A program made the translations under genes and the position numbers. A model generated the notes under the pieces. That model was given only the letters and a program-made list of their open reading frames with translations, made no database searches and was not told the DNA's origin. Below, in pieces: positions 1 through 11,157 of a stretch of DNA of 64,000 nt (the stretch's first letter is position 1; every line of letters starts with the position of its first letter). The DNA is from Candidatus Altimarinota bacterium (GTDB lineage: Bacteria; Patescibacteriota; Gracilibacteria; UBA1369; GCA-2718715). The stretch covers positions 608,001 to 672,000 of the forward strand of contig JBESAV010000001.1 of NCBI GenBank assembly GCA_041242255.1, in the 5' to 3' direction.

Positions 1-1
1 A

Positions 2-820
<819 letters not shown>

Positions 821-880
821 GAAAACCTTGAAAAAAACAAATAAATTCCTATAATACCACCAAAATATTAATTATTAGCA

Positions 881-1090
881 ATGACATTAGTTCACGTTAA
901 AAGAGATCCGAAAGAAAGTTTCGAAAGAATGCTATCAAGATTCAAAAAACTTCTGCAAAGAAGTCACAAGATTCAAGACGCAAAAGAAAACCAATTTCAC
1001 CAAAAAAATCCTACTAAAAGGTACCAAAGACAAGCTGCAATCATGAGAGAGTACTACAGAGCTAAAAAAGCCAAAAGACAACTTTACTAG
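881..1090 (+). CDS. rpsU: 30S ribosomal protein bS21
   Basis: 69 aa, basic, ESFERMLSRFKK...F..K.P.KR pattern. Confidence 0.85.
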   Translation: MTLVHVKRDPKESFERMLSRFKKLLQRSHKIQDAKENQFHQKNPTKRYQRQAAIMREYYRAKKAKRQLY

Positions 1091-1096
1091 TCTATC

Positions 1097-1897
1097 TTGA
1101 ATAAAGCTCTATCCAAACTCGACCATATTATCCTCCTTCAAAAAGTAACCCAACTTTCCAAGGAGGATCTTTTTATGTGTAACTACAAACCAAGACTATC
1201 ATTCCTCCAAAAGGTAAAACTCAAACATTATACCAAGCAAAGACTCAATGGTAAGCCGATTGCGTACATAACAAATTCAAAAGAATTCTATGGAAGAGAA
1301 TTTTATGTAAACAAGAATACCCTTATCCCAAGACCAGAAACCGAACAAATTGTAAACAAAGCATTATCTATAGAAAAAAATCCCAAGTCTATTTTAGATA
1401 TTGGTACAGGCTCAGGGTGCCTTGCAGTTACTCTCAAAAAAGAATTCCCCAAAGCTAGTCTAACCGCTATTGATATTTCATCAAAAGCTCTAATTGTTGC
1501 TCGGAAAAATGCCAAACATCATAACGCCAAAATTAATTTCTTAAAATCAGACTACCTATCAAAAGTAGCACCAAAGACAAGTTTTGATCTCATTGTAACA
1601 AACCCACCATACATTGAAAAAAACAATACCAATCTAGTTAGCCCCGAAACAAAGAAGTATGAGCCACACCAAGCTCTTTTCGCAGATCAGAAGGGACTTG
1701 GAGCCTTCCAGGAAATTTTTAAGCAAATCCAGCAAAAAAACATTCAGTTTCATCATCTGATAGGCGAATTTGGCTTTGGACAAAAACCAGCACTTGAGTT
1801 ACTATTGCAACAAAATTTTAAAGGTTGCTCATTCGAGTTTTTCGATGACTTAAACCAAATACCCAGAATCTTCTTAATCACAAAACATGGAACTTGA
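1097..1897 (+). CDS. prmC: Release factor glutamine methyltransferase
   Basis: PIAYI, LIPRPETE, LDIGTGSG, NPPY motifs; overlaps prfA start; TTG start. Confidence 0.95.
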   Translation: MNKALSKLDHIILLQKVTQLSKEDLFMCNYKPRLSFLQKVKLKHYTKQRLNGKPIAYITNSKEFYGREFYVNKNTLIPRPETEQIVNKALSIEKNPKSILDIGTGSGCLAVTLKKEFPKASLTAIDISSKALIVARKNAKHHNAKINFLKSDYLSKVAPKTSFDLIVTNPPYIEKNNTNLVSPETKKYEPHQALFADQKGLGAFQEIFKQIQQKNIQFHHLIGEFGFGQKPALELLLQQNFKGCSFEFFDDLNQIPRIFLITKHGT

Positions 1898-2969
1898 ATC
1901 AAAACTACAAACCCTAGTCGATGAACTTAAAGAAATCGACCAAGAACTAATGAACCCTGATGTAGTCAGTGATCAAAATAAGTACAAAAATCTAATGGTC
2001 CGAAGGAGCGAGCTAGAACCAGTTGTTGAAGCTTTCCAAAAATACAAAGCATCATCCAAGAACCGCAAAGACGCCGAACAAATGCTGCAAAACGAATCTG
2101 ACGCAGACATGAAAGAGTTTTATCAATCCGAAATCGAATCTTCAACTCAAAAAATAGAAAAACTAGAAGAAGAGCTCAAAAAAGCTCTAATTCCAAAAGA
2201 TCCAAAAGATTACAAAAATTGTATCATCGAAGTAAGAGCCGGTGCAGGTGGAGACGAAGCCTCACTTTTTGCTGGTGAGCTAGCTAGAATGTACATGAGA
2301 TATGGTGAACAAAATGGTTTCACCTCAGAGATCCTTAGTCAAAGTGACAATGATACAGGAGGAGTAAAAGAAATGATCATTCAAATGTCTGGTCCAAAAC
2401 CATATGGAACCTTTAAGTTTGAAAGTGGTGTCCACAGAGTTCAAAGAGTTCCAGTAACAGAGTCACAAGGTAGAATTCACACATCAGCTGCTTCTGTAGT
2501 AGTTTTACCTGAGGTTGATGACATAGATATCAACCTTGATCCAAACGACTTACGTATCGACGTATTCCGCTCTAGTGGACCAGGTGGACAATCTGTTAAT
2601 ACTACTGACTCCGCAATTCGTATAACCCATGAGCCAACCGGTATAACTGTTTCTTGTCAGGATGAAAAATCCCAACATAAAAACAAAGACAAAGCCATGG
2701 CTATTCTTAAATCACGTCTTTTCGACCTTGAGGAGGCAAAGCGTATGAAAGAATTAGGTGCCGCTAGACAATCAAGTATTGGGTCAGGTGATAGGTCAGA
2801 AAAAATTAGAACCTACAACTTCCCACAAGATAGAGTAACTGATCATCGTATTAAGCAATCATGGAACAACCTTCCATCAATCCTAGATGGAAACCTCCAA
2901 GAGATAATCGAGGCAATCCAAGTTGAAGAACAAGCTAAGCTCCTTGCTGAAGCATCAAAGACTGAGTAA
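1887..2969 (+). CDS. prfA: Peptide chain release factor 1
   Basis: GGQ motif, PVT specificity motif (RVPVTE), IRTYNFPQ. Confidence 0.97.
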   Translation: MELESKLQTLVDELKEIDQELMNPDVVSDQNKYKNLMVRRSELEPVVEAFQKYKASSKNRKDAEQMLQNESDADMKEFYQSEIESSTQKIEKLEEELKKALIPKDPKDYKNCIIEVRAGAGGDEASLFAGELARMYMRYGEQNGFTSEILSQSDNDTGGVKEMIIQMSGPKPYGTFKFESGVHRVQRVPVTESQGRIHTSAASVVVLPEVDDIDINLDPNDLRIDVFRSSGPGGQSVNTTDSAIRITHEPTGITVSCQDEKSQHKNKDKAMAILKSRLFDLEEAKRMKELGAARQSSIGSGDRSEKIRTYNFPQDRVTDHRIKQSWNNLPSILDGNLQEIIEAIQVEEQAKLLAEASKTE

Positions 2970-3338
2970 CCAGTTCTTAAGTTCAGCATTTTCAATCTTT
3001 TTCTTAAAAACATGAGCCCCGCTCATTAGTTGTTTAAGCTTTTCTGGGTTGGCTGATGAAACAATACATCTTTTTGATATATCATTTTTTTCACATACTT
3101 TCATGACTTCATCACCATTCCTTATGGGCATATTAAAGTCAGAAATTACAACCCACTCAGAAGGTTCAAAGCTCCCCAAAGCTTTAGCTTCCAAAAAACT
3201 ACAAGCTTCGAAACCATTTATAAATTCATAAATTTTATTTTCTGGATATTTATCTCTGATTAATTCACGGTGCATTCGAATCCAATCAATATCGTCATCC
3301 ACCACAACAAACTTGATATCCAGGTTTATATCAACCAT
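2955..3338 (-). CDS. Stand-alone response regulator receiver domain protein
   Basis: VVVDDD acidic pocket, ISDFNMP..NG phosphoacceptor, VSS, FKK; start moved to the ATG at 3338. Confidence 0.8.
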   Translation of the reverse strand: MVDINLDIKFVVVDDDIDWIRMHRELIRDKYPENKIYEFINGFEACSFLEAKALGSFEPSEWVVISDFNMPIRNGDEVMKVCEKNDISKRCIVSSANPEKLKQLMSGAHVFKKKIENAELKNWLLSL

Positions 3339-3374
3339 ACTACAACTAATTATTTTTCCTAATTTATCACAAAA

Positions 3375-4118
3375 ATGTCTAATTCTCCATCTGTCCCAGA
3401 GATTTTCAAGTTTCAAAAGTCACCAACTAAAAAATCAGATGTTTTTTTCGACTCACACGCTCACATCCAGTATCCAGAATTTAAAGATTTAGATCCATTT
3501 ATACAAAGAGCTAAGCAAATTGGACTAAGAGGAGTTGTCTGTGTCGGAATTGATCATAAAACATCTCAACAAGCCCTTGAGATTCATAAAGCTAACTCAG
3601 ACTACATTTACCCAACTATCGGAAACCACCCATACAATGCCGATCAAGACTTCCAACCAATCTACGATCAAGCCCATCAATACAAAGATTCCTTTATAGG
3701 AATAGGGGAAACTGGACTAGATTATTTCAAAAACAAACTTTCAAAAAGCGTCCAAAAAGAATCACTCTTAAATCACGCCAAACTAGCCAAAGAATTAGAC
3801 CTTCCTATCATCCTTCATCTAAGAGAGCTAGATGATTGCTGGGCAGATTGTTGGGATATTCTAAAAAAAGCGCAATACCCCAAAGCTATATTCCATTGTT
3901 TTACAGGTTCATTAGACCAAGCTAAAGAAATCTGGTCACATGGCTACAAAACATCCTTTTCTCTACTTATTACTTATCCAAAAAACCAAGTACTAAAAGA
4001 AATCTATCAAAACTGCCCGCCAGAACATCTACTTATTGAGACTGACTCTCCTTACCTCCCACCACAAGATCTAAGAGGTCAAACAAACGAACCCTCTTAT
4101 CTCTCGAATCTATCCTAG
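3375..4118 (+). CDS. tatD: TatD-family deoxyribonuclease (C-terminally short)
   Basis: FDSHAH, GxHP, IGETGLDY, LHxR, FHCFTG, ETDSPYL motifs. Confidence 0.92.
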   Translation: MSNSPSVPEIFKFQKSPTKKSDVFFDSHAHIQYPEFKDLDPFIQRAKQIGLRGVVCVGIDHKTSQQALEIHKANSDYIYPTIGNHPYNADQDFQPIYDQAHQYKDSFIGIGETGLDYFKNKLSKSVQKESLLNHAKLAKELDLPIILHLRELDDCWADCWDILKKAQYPKAIFHCFTGSLDQAKEIWSHGYKTSFSLLITYPKNQVLKEIYQNCPPEHLLIETDSPYLPPQDLRGQTNEPSYLSNLS

Positions 4119-6336
4119 AGTGGATACTTAAAACACACGCAAATGTCTCCAAATCAGTCCTATCCTGAACTGATAAATTAACATTGTATAGGGCGGTAGA
4201 GTTATGGATACTCAAAACTGTCTCTATATGCCCAGGCTCAAATTCACATGAGGTTTCGATATACATATTCTTCATTTCATCTATTTCTTCAATCAGCCTT
4301 TTCCTTTCATTTAGAGCAGAGTTAAGAAGGATTTCCCTAATAATTGCAGTCTGGTACTGCTCTTCCATAAACTTATTAGAAAACTTTCGACATAGATTTT
4401 TCAATGCATCACATACACTTTGATCCTCTAACACAACTTCGCTATCTTCATTTACAATAGTTGCTACAATTGAGTTAAACCTCAGTATGTCAATCTCTGA
4501 AATCTCACCCTCAAAAGCATATTTCCAGCTTAAGTACTCAATAGCTTTTTTAATCTCAGCTTCTGCAGGAAGCAGTCCAAGTTTATTTCTGGTATTTTCA
4601 CATTGTCTAGCTTTATATGAAGAGTGATCTTCTGGATAAAAAAGTATCATCATAATTTCTAATGGTACTGTTTCACCATCAACATCAAGATCCACAATAT
4701 ATTTAAAAGTCCTAATATTCTTAGAAAATTTATTCAAATGTGGTTCATCATTCAGCAAAGAAGTCTTAACTTTTCTAATCTTCACTAGTGAAGCCCCAAG
4801 TTTTTTTACCAAAACATGAGTCATTCCTAAACAAAACTGTTTCAACTGCGCGTTATCTTGAGCAATCTCAATCTCATATGGTATTCCAACTCTACACCTA
4901 AAGGTATCATCAACTCTATCGCTACCCCTCAAGATTTTCTCTACTGCTGAGTACTTGGTCTTAGGCTGACCAAATTCAAGTACCACTGGGTTCGTATGGC
5001 CATTATGCCTTATTTTAGACAGATATACTCTATTGTTATCATTAGTTTTTACTTCGATCATCTGAGTTTCCACATTAGAGCTTAGTCTCCTTTCTATCTC
5101 TGAATCTATTTCTCTAATCCTATCTTCAGATCCATAGTATTCAGGTAGCTGTGTTTGAGCCATCATATGACGTAAAATATAAGAACAAACTGAAACATTG
5201 TTCCAATCGCAAAAACTCTCAATGATTTTCTTAGATTCCAAAAACTCCCTTAGCTCAACTAAAAGTTCTCCATTCACAGCTCGAGCAATATCCAGCTTAA
5301 AGTTACCACTTAAGATAGTTATCTTCTTATCAAACTTATCAAACATATTTGCGTAACCTTCTTCAAAGCTTAAAGTTTCATCTTCAAGGTATCTAAAGTT
5401 ATTAGCTAACCCTAAAATTGCATCCGCCAACATATTTCGGTTCCTTTCATTATCCTCCAGCATTGTTTCATGTAGCTCAGAATCATTCAAAAACTCAAAC
5501 TTATTTGCCTTAGGCTTATCAAATAAAAGGTTGATAATAAACCTAGTCTCAGCTTGTGTAAGGGCTCTACCAATAAAATCATTAAAAATCTCAGAAGTCT
5601 GAAAGTGATCCAAAGTATCTTCCAATGAGTTCAACCAATCATTTAAGATATAAGTGGCTTTAAACAAATCACCAAGCTCTTCATCAGCTCTAAGACCTAG
5701 CCTTTCACTTATTTGCTTATTTTTTTCAATTAAGTCCCTCCTTTCATTAGTGCTATATTCAAGTCCTAATCTAACACTATCAGTAAGCTCAACGAAAATC
5801 TCTACATACTTCCTAGTCTGCCCTCTATTCAGTTTGTCTAATGTATAGTTGTCTTGTTCAACAATGGCCGCAATAACTTTTTCAGCAATATCATCATCTG
5901 CTACAATTCCATACCTTTCATACAAGTTTTTTGCCCCAATCATATAAAACTTTGAGTGGATCGGCTCTTCTAATTCTTGTTCCTCTCTAGTCTCGGTAAT
6001 AATTTTCTCCTCAAGTTGCTTCATAGTAGCCATACTCAAAGGCCTATTAGAGCTAATATTTATGCTGTCATAAAGTTCTCTATACTTACTCATTGGAGCA
6101 TTTAAGTATGGGTGAGCTAATCTATTTTCAGAATACAATTCTAATTTCTCCAGCTCATGGCATAACCTTTCATGATCCTCAAGTGAACTACTAGAGTCCA
6201 AAACTCTAAGCACAGATGGATTAATACCCATTTGACTTACGATATCAGAATAACTAGATTCATCATCTAAACTACTAAAATCATCATCTTCGATACTCAT
6301 ATTTCTAAGTAATCTGTCGATATCTTTCTCAGTCAT
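4033..6336 (-). CDS. Large hypothetical protein with divergent RelA/SpoT-like nucleotidyltransferase motifs
   Basis: 767-aa ORF with TTGACA-17-TATGAT promoter; PKTKYSAVEKILR, DDTFRCR, PLEIMM, HSSYK in synthetase motif order. Confidence 0.5.
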   Translation of the reverse strand: MTEKDIDRLLRNMSIEDDDFSSLDDESSYSDIVSQMGINPSVLRVLDSSSSLEDHERLCHELEKLELYSENRLAHPYLNAPMSKYRELYDSINISSNRPLSMATMKQLEEKIITETREEQELEEPIHSKFYMIGAKNLYERYGIVADDDIAEKVIAAIVEQDNYTLDKLNRGQTRKYVEIFVELTDSVRLGLEYSTNERRDLIEKNKQISERLGLRADEELGDLFKATYILNDWLNSLEDTLDHFQTSEIFNDFIGRALTQAETRFIINLLFDKPKANKFEFLNDSELHETMLEDNERNRNMLADAILGLANNFRYLEDETLSFEEGYANMFDKFDKKITILSGNFKLDIARAVNGELLVELREFLESKKIIESFCDWNNVSVCSYILRHMMAQTQLPEYYGSEDRIREIDSEIERRLSSNVETQMIEVKTNDNNRVYLSKIRHNGHTNPVVLEFGQPKTKYSAVEKILRGSDRVDDTFRCRVGIPYEIEIAQDNAQLKQFCLGMTHVLVKKLGASLVKIRKVKTSLLNDEPHLNKFSKNIRTFKYIVDLDVDGETVPLEIMMILFYPEDHSSYKARQCENTRNKLGLLPAEAEIKKAIEYLSWKYAFEGEISEIDILRFNSIVATIVNEDSEVVLEDQSVCDALKNLCRKFSNKFMEEQYQTAIIREILLNSALNERKRLIEEIDEMKNMYIETSCEFEPGHIETVLSIHNSTALYNVNLSVQDRTDLETFACVLSIHSRIDSRDKRVRLFDLLDLVVGGKESQSQ

Positions 6337-6447
6337 TCTTGAATTTTAATATACAGCATCATAATAATCATTTCGCAATATGTCAAGTCTCATCAACATG
6401 TAAATTACTTCAAATTCTTGTTAAGATTAGATAAATAATTTCAAAAC

Positions 6448-7653
6448 ATGAACTACCACCAAATCCAACCAATAGGCGACAAAAAAAACTCAGAATTTTT
6501 CAACGAAACACTACACAAAATATACAAACATAGAGACAAAAGTGGACTCACTCAAAACATTCAAAAAATCCACAGTTTTCATATTCAAGTAGATCCTGGA
6601 ACAGCAGAACAATACATAAGCGAGCTAATTCTGATGACTCCATTCCAGTACCAAAACTCATACCTTTTAGAAAATTACAAATTTCACGTATTAAAAGTTA
6701 CAGACCAAAACCCTTTATATATCATTCGTGAACCACATAATTCAGACATAGATCAAACCACAGAAAGCTATCACCTTAACAACTTATCTAAAGTTGGCAA
6801 AACAAAATCCCACACTCGTTACTTAGGTGAAGTTTATCAAGTACATGATCTCCAAGAGCTTCAACAAAAACTTTTAGACCAAGAAGTATACTTTGAACCA
6901 CAATATGATCACACAAACGTTCTTTGGACCGAAGCCTCCCCATTTACATGGAACAAACTCGGTTATATCCAAGAAGGAGTAAGTATTTTTCCAGACAATG
7001 CAAAACCTTATGTGTTTGCAGAAAAAACCGTGAATCAATTTCATAAATCCAAACAGCTTCAACACAAGTATCAAATAGACCAGTATGTATTACCAATCGA
7101 CCACTTCGCAACCAGAGTCTACTCACACGATAGGGAACACGCCATCTTAGAATACCTAACTTTAACCAATTACTATTTCTGGGGAGCCTACAATATTGGA
7201 GACCAAAACTCCTCTACAAATATTTGCCGAAACACAAATTCACTCCCAGAATCAATCTCGCCAGCTAAAGTGTTCACAGCCAACAACACACCTTATTACA
7301 TAAATCACATCACAAAACTCCCATCGCCAACCGAAAATTTCGTCAGAAACTATGGCCGAAGACTTCATCACATAGCCTATGCAGTAAGAGATGGTTACAT
7401 TGGAGATGAAAAAGATGACATAAAAAATGTTGATTTCGTTGTGACTCAACTCCAAAAATGTGAAGCAGAATTCCTCCAACATGTAATCGGAAGCTGTGCA
7501 GAAGGTCTTAAGCAAATTTTCTCAAAACCATCAAAATATAGTTTGCTCATAACTGAATACATTCAAAGATGTGATGATTTTCAAGGATTCTTTACCAAAG
7601 AAAACGTTGCTGCCCTTACCGAAGCAGCAGGCCACGACGACCTTATAACTTAG
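6448..7653 (+). CDS. VOC/4-hydroxyphenylpyruvate dioxygenase-like protein
   Basis: IDHFA, LHHIAY, LKQIFS, EYIQR...GFF..NV..L match the HPPD C-terminal domain with a His/His/Glu triad. Confidence 0.65.
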   Translation: MNYHQIQPIGDKKNSEFFNETLHKIYKHRDKSGLTQNIQKIHSFHIQVDPGTAEQYISELILMTPFQYQNSYLLENYKFHVLKVTDQNPLYIIREPHNSDIDQTTESYHLNNLSKVGKTKSHTRYLGEVYQVHDLQELQQKLLDQEVYFEPQYDHTNVLWTEASPFTWNKLGYIQEGVSIFPDNAKPYVFAEKTVNQFHKSKQLQHKYQIDQYVLPIDHFATRVYSHDREHAILEYLTLTNYYFWGAYNIGDQNSSTNICRNTNSLPESISPAKVFTANNTPYYINHITKLPSPTENFVRNYGRRLHHIAYAVRDGYIGDEKDDIKNVDFVVTQLQKCEAEFLQHVIGSCAEGLKQIFSKPSKYSLLITEYIQRCDDFQGFFTKENVAALTEAAGHDDLIT

Positions 7654-8929
7654 TAGCAAGTTTAAAACCTAGCCTTTGCACTTCTAAAGATCTCTGATCA
7701 AAGTAGCTACACTTACGAGTCTCACCTGTCAAACTTACTTCACCTATAAAAACATTGTTTAGTTTCTGAGGTCTCTTCTTGTATGAGTTTATCAAGCTAT
7801 TCATCACAGCAAGGTCTGCAGCAGTATCTTTTATCTTAAATCCGCCAGAGATATTCACAAACACGTCCTGCTGAGACAAATCAACTCCATAATACTTCTG
7901 AAGCACCGCAATTATCATCGACAGTCTATTCGTATCAAATCCAACTGAAGATCTCTTAGGATACCCAAAACTACTCGGAGCTGTCAAAGCCTGAACCTCA
8001 ACTATAAAAGGTCTATTACCCTCCATTGTGCAAGTCAAACTAGACCCAATCAATTCCTTGGATCTTTCTTCCAGAAACTCCTTCGCTGGATCCTCAACTT
8101 GTCTTAATCCATTCGATTCCATGTGAAACAACCCAACCTCTTCAGTAGAACCAAAACGATTTTTTACTGATTTCAAAAAACGATACCTAGCTACTCTATC
8201 TCCTTCAATATACAAAACTGTATCAACCAAATGCTCTAGAACCTTAGGTCCAGCAAGCTCACCATCCTTAGTCACATGGCCAATTATCAAAACCGGAACT
8301 CCTCTTGATTTAGCCCAGTTTAGTATAGCTTCTGTTACATGGCGTATATTTGAAGTACTTCCTGCAAAACTATTCGAACTGGCAGTTTTAATAGTCTGAA
8401 TCGAATCAATTACCAAAAAACCAACTCGTTCTGAGTTTTTTTCAATGTCTTCCAAACACATCAAAACCTCTTCCAAAATATTAGATTCAATAAACTGTAA
8501 TCCATCCAGAGTACAGTCCATTCTATCAGCTCTTATCTTAATTTGCTCCATAGACTCTTCTCCAGCTACATACACCATGTTTGCAAGATTTAGTTTATCC
8601 AACACTTGCAGAGTTAAAGTCGATTTACCAATCCCTGGTTCACCCCCAAGTAACATCAAAGCTCCAGGCACAACACCTCCTCCTAGCACTCTATCAATCT
8701 CACGGATATTTGTAGGTATCCTTTTGTATGAAATCTCTCTTGCTTCAGCTAGAGTTCGAGGCGATATACCCCTTATGTTTGAGTTAGAAGCAATACCCCC
8801 ACTAGTCTTTTTAACCTTTTCTCTTTCCTCTAGGGTATGCCATTCTTTACACTCAGAGCATTGCCCAGACCATTTCAAATGTGTTGCTTGACAACTAACA
8901 CATACAAATTCCGTTTTAACTTTAGCCAT
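7643..8929 (-). CDS. radA: DNA repair protein RadA/Sms
   Basis: C4 zinc finger, GEPGIGKST, KNRFG motif, Lon-like C-terminus. Confidence 0.97.
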   Translation of the reverse strand: MAKVKTEFVCVSCQATHLKWSGQCSECKEWHTLEEREKVKKTSGGIASNSNIRGISPRTLAEAREISYKRIPTNIREIDRVLGGGVVPGALMLLGGEPGIGKSTLTLQVLDKLNLANMVYVAGEESMEQIKIRADRMDCTLDGLQFIESNILEEVLMCLEDIEKNSERVGFLVIDSIQTIKTASSNSFAGSTSNIRHVTEAILNWAKSRGVPVLIIGHVTKDGELAGPKVLEHLVDTVLYIEGDRVARYRFLKSVKNRFGSTEEVGLFHMESNGLRQVEDPAKEFLEERSKELIGSSLTCTMEGNRPFIVEVQALTAPSSFGYPKRSSVGFDTNRLSMIIAVLQKYYGVDLSQQDVFVNISGGFKIKDTAADLAVMNSLINSYKKRPQKLNNVFIGEVSLTGETRKCSYFDQRSLEVQRLGFKLATKL

Positions 8930-8980
8930 ATAAAAGAATTAATTTGCTCAAATAATATCACAAATTATACATCCCTTAAA

Positions 8981-9478
8981 TTAACCAAATCTAAAATTAT
9001 CCAAACTCCCATCTCTTCCTACTTCATCTAAAAACTCACAATTCATTATTCTATTTCTCAAACTACCATGTGAAACCACATGTAATTTAAGTTTTTTATC
9101 TTTAGGAGCACCCAAAATATCCAAAAATTCTTCAGAAAAAATCAAATGCCATAAAACTATTTTTTCTGAACCATCAAGCGAGCATAAGAATTCATATAAC
9201 CATTCTAAATGGATCCTACGATCTAAAACCCAATTAACTTCTCTAACATTAGAAATAACTTCTTCAGGAATAAAATTAAAATTCTTGGCAATCTCAAAAG
9301 GCAAAACTGCACCATCCAATAAGCCAATAATTTCATCATTATATTTCCTCATTTCTACTTTAATTTCAGAAGCATTATGAGAAAAAGCCATTAGCTCATC
9401 TAGTTTCTGTTGGTAATCCGAAAAATCAAAACTATTTTCTTTCTGTCCAACGAATTGATTAATACCTGGTATAAACAT
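8981..9478 (-). CDS. Hypothetical protein
   Basis: 165-aa ORF, ATG start, TTGACA just upstream. Confidence 0.65.
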   Translation of the reverse strand: MFIPGINQFVGQKENSFDFSDYQQKLDELMAFSHNASEIKVEMRKYNDEIIGLLDGAVLPFEIAKNFNFIPEEVISNVREVNWVLDRRIHLEWLYEFLCSLDGSEKIVLWHLIFSEEFLDILGAPKDKKLKLHVVSHGSLRNRIMNCEFLDEVGRDGSLDNFRFG

Positions 9479-9588
9479 TTTTTCACAAACCTAAGTCTAA
9501 ATCTTGAATATGTCAACAATTGACATGCAATCTTTTTAAGAAATCTCTTAAATAAATCTGTTAATATATTTAAAATAGCTCAAAGCAT

Positions 9589-10101
9589 ATGAAAAAATCA
9601 CTAATCTTACTAACTATCCCACTCTTGGCCGGATGCATAAGCTGGAATAATCAAGCAACCCTTACTACAAAGTACGCCAATACAACAAAATCAGTTCAGG
9701 ATTTAAATCAAAGTTTTGAGTCAGACAAAAGCCTAAAATTTCACGATAAAGAAGCAGGAACAGTAGTAGATTTCCACTATCAGGATGAGCCAACCATAGA
9801 GAACCTCCAAAAGGCAATAGTTACTTACCAACCAAATTTTGCCGAAAAAGAAATTACGCACATCTTTTTTGAAAAAGGAAAACCTGTAAAAGCAAAATTG
9901 GAAACTCACTCCATGGAATCAAACGAGACAAAACTCCATAACCATACTTTCAATTTTGAAGATAGCCAAATCAAATCTGTCTACTTCCAAAACTCACTCA
10001 TCCAGACAGAATCAGCCAACTCAGAGGAGATCGCGGCACTTACCCAAAAAGTCGAAGCAACCCTAGCTTATGTCACTAGCGCTTTCTTGTCTGAATCTTA
10101 A
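9589..10101 (+). CDS. Putative lipoprotein
   Basis: MKK + hydrophobic stretch + LAGC lipobox. Confidence 0.75.
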   Translation: MKKSLILLTIPLLAGCISWNNQATLTTKYANTTKSVQDLNQSFESDKSLKFHDKEAGTVVDFHYQDEPTIENLQKAIVTYQPNFAEKEITHIFFEKGKPVKAKLETHSMESNETKLHNHTFNFEDSQIKSVYFQNSLIQTESANSEEIAALTQKVEATLAYVTSAFLSES

Positions 10102-10884
10102 AACAACAATTACTAAGCCAATTAATATCAATCCAAAGCTTAAAAATTGACCTCTACTTAGGCCAAGAACTAGTCCCAAGTGCGAGTCAGGTTCTCTAAA
10201 AAACTCAACTAAAAACCTAGCTCCTCCAAACCACATCAATGCTACCCCTAAAAGCTTACCTTCAAGCTTTTCTTTATTGTACAAGAAGCTCAACACCACA
10301 AACAAAATCAACCCCTCCAAAACTCCTTGATACAACTGGGAGGCATACCTCAAGTTTTCAGGATCATCCAAAAACCTCATCCCAAAAGGGGAGTTAGTCA
10401 CCCGACCATACAGCTCATTATTTAAGAAGTTTCCTATTCTTCCCAAAAAATAACCAACCGGTGCCACACTTATTATTAGATCTGAAACTTTCCAGAAATC
10501 TACTTTGTGTTTCCTCAAAAACCACCATCCAAACAACAAGCAAGCTACCAGACCCCCATGAAAACTCATTCCACTTATTCCCACAAATTCACCACCACTA
10601 AAAGGCCAAACAATCTTCAAAGGATTTCTCAGATAGTAATCAAAGTTATAAAACAAAACATAGCCAATCCTCCCACCAACCACCACCGAAGCAATCAAAC
10701 CAAAAAACAAATCCTCTAGTTGTTTACTGCTCAAAATATCATTTCTTCTTTTGATCAACAAATAACAAACCAAAAAAGCAACCAAATACATAAAACCGTA
10801 GTACTGAACTTCAAATCCCAGAATACTAACCAATACTCCATCAAAGCTAAGAGGTAGATTCTGCCACCATTCAAAAAATCCCAT
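10063..10884 (-). CDS. lgt: Prolipoprotein diacylglyceryl transferase
   Basis: YGFMY, GGRIGY, GMSFHGG, GRIGNF.N.ELYGR, EFFREPD. Confidence 0.96.
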   Translation of the reverse strand: MGFFEWWQNLPLSFDGVLVSILGFEVQYYGFMYLVAFLVCYLLIKRRNDILSSKQLEDLFFGLIASVVVGGRIGYVLFYNFDYYLRNPLKIVWPFSGGEFVGISGMSFHGGLVACLLFGWWFLRKHKVDFWKVSDLIISVAPVGYFLGRIGNFLNNELYGRVTNSPFGMRFLDDPENLRYASQLYQGVLEGLILFVVLSFLYNKEKLEGKLLGVALMWFGGARFLVEFFREPDSHLGLVLGLSRGQFLSFGLILIGLVIVVLRFRQESASDIS

Positions 10885-10914
10885 AAACCCATTTAAATTA
10901 GGTTTATTTTACAC

Positions 10915-11157
10915 TTATTCCACCTCCTTCCCAACTAATTCCTTCAATTCCATTTCATATTTCAGCTCCAACCTCGACACATCAGACTTAAATTTTTCCT
11001 CTTCCTGATGAAGCTTTATCACAGCATTCTTCAGCTGAACCATTTTCCATTCAGGCATATATCTCAAACGTTCTATCATAGACTTCTTTTCGTCTATATC
11101 CAGAATTTCTAGATTCTTTATAAGACTAACTAACTCATCAACTAATTTTCTATTCAT
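10915..11157 (-). CDS. Small helical hypothetical protein, translationally coupled to the upstream giant ORF
   Basis: ATG at 11157 overlaps the stop of the 1204-aa gene (ATGAATAG). Confidence 0.65.
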   Translation of the reverse strand: MNRKLVDELVSLIKNLEILDIDEKKSMIERLRYMPEWKMVQLKNAVIKLHQEEEKFKSDVSRLELKYEMELKELVGKEVE

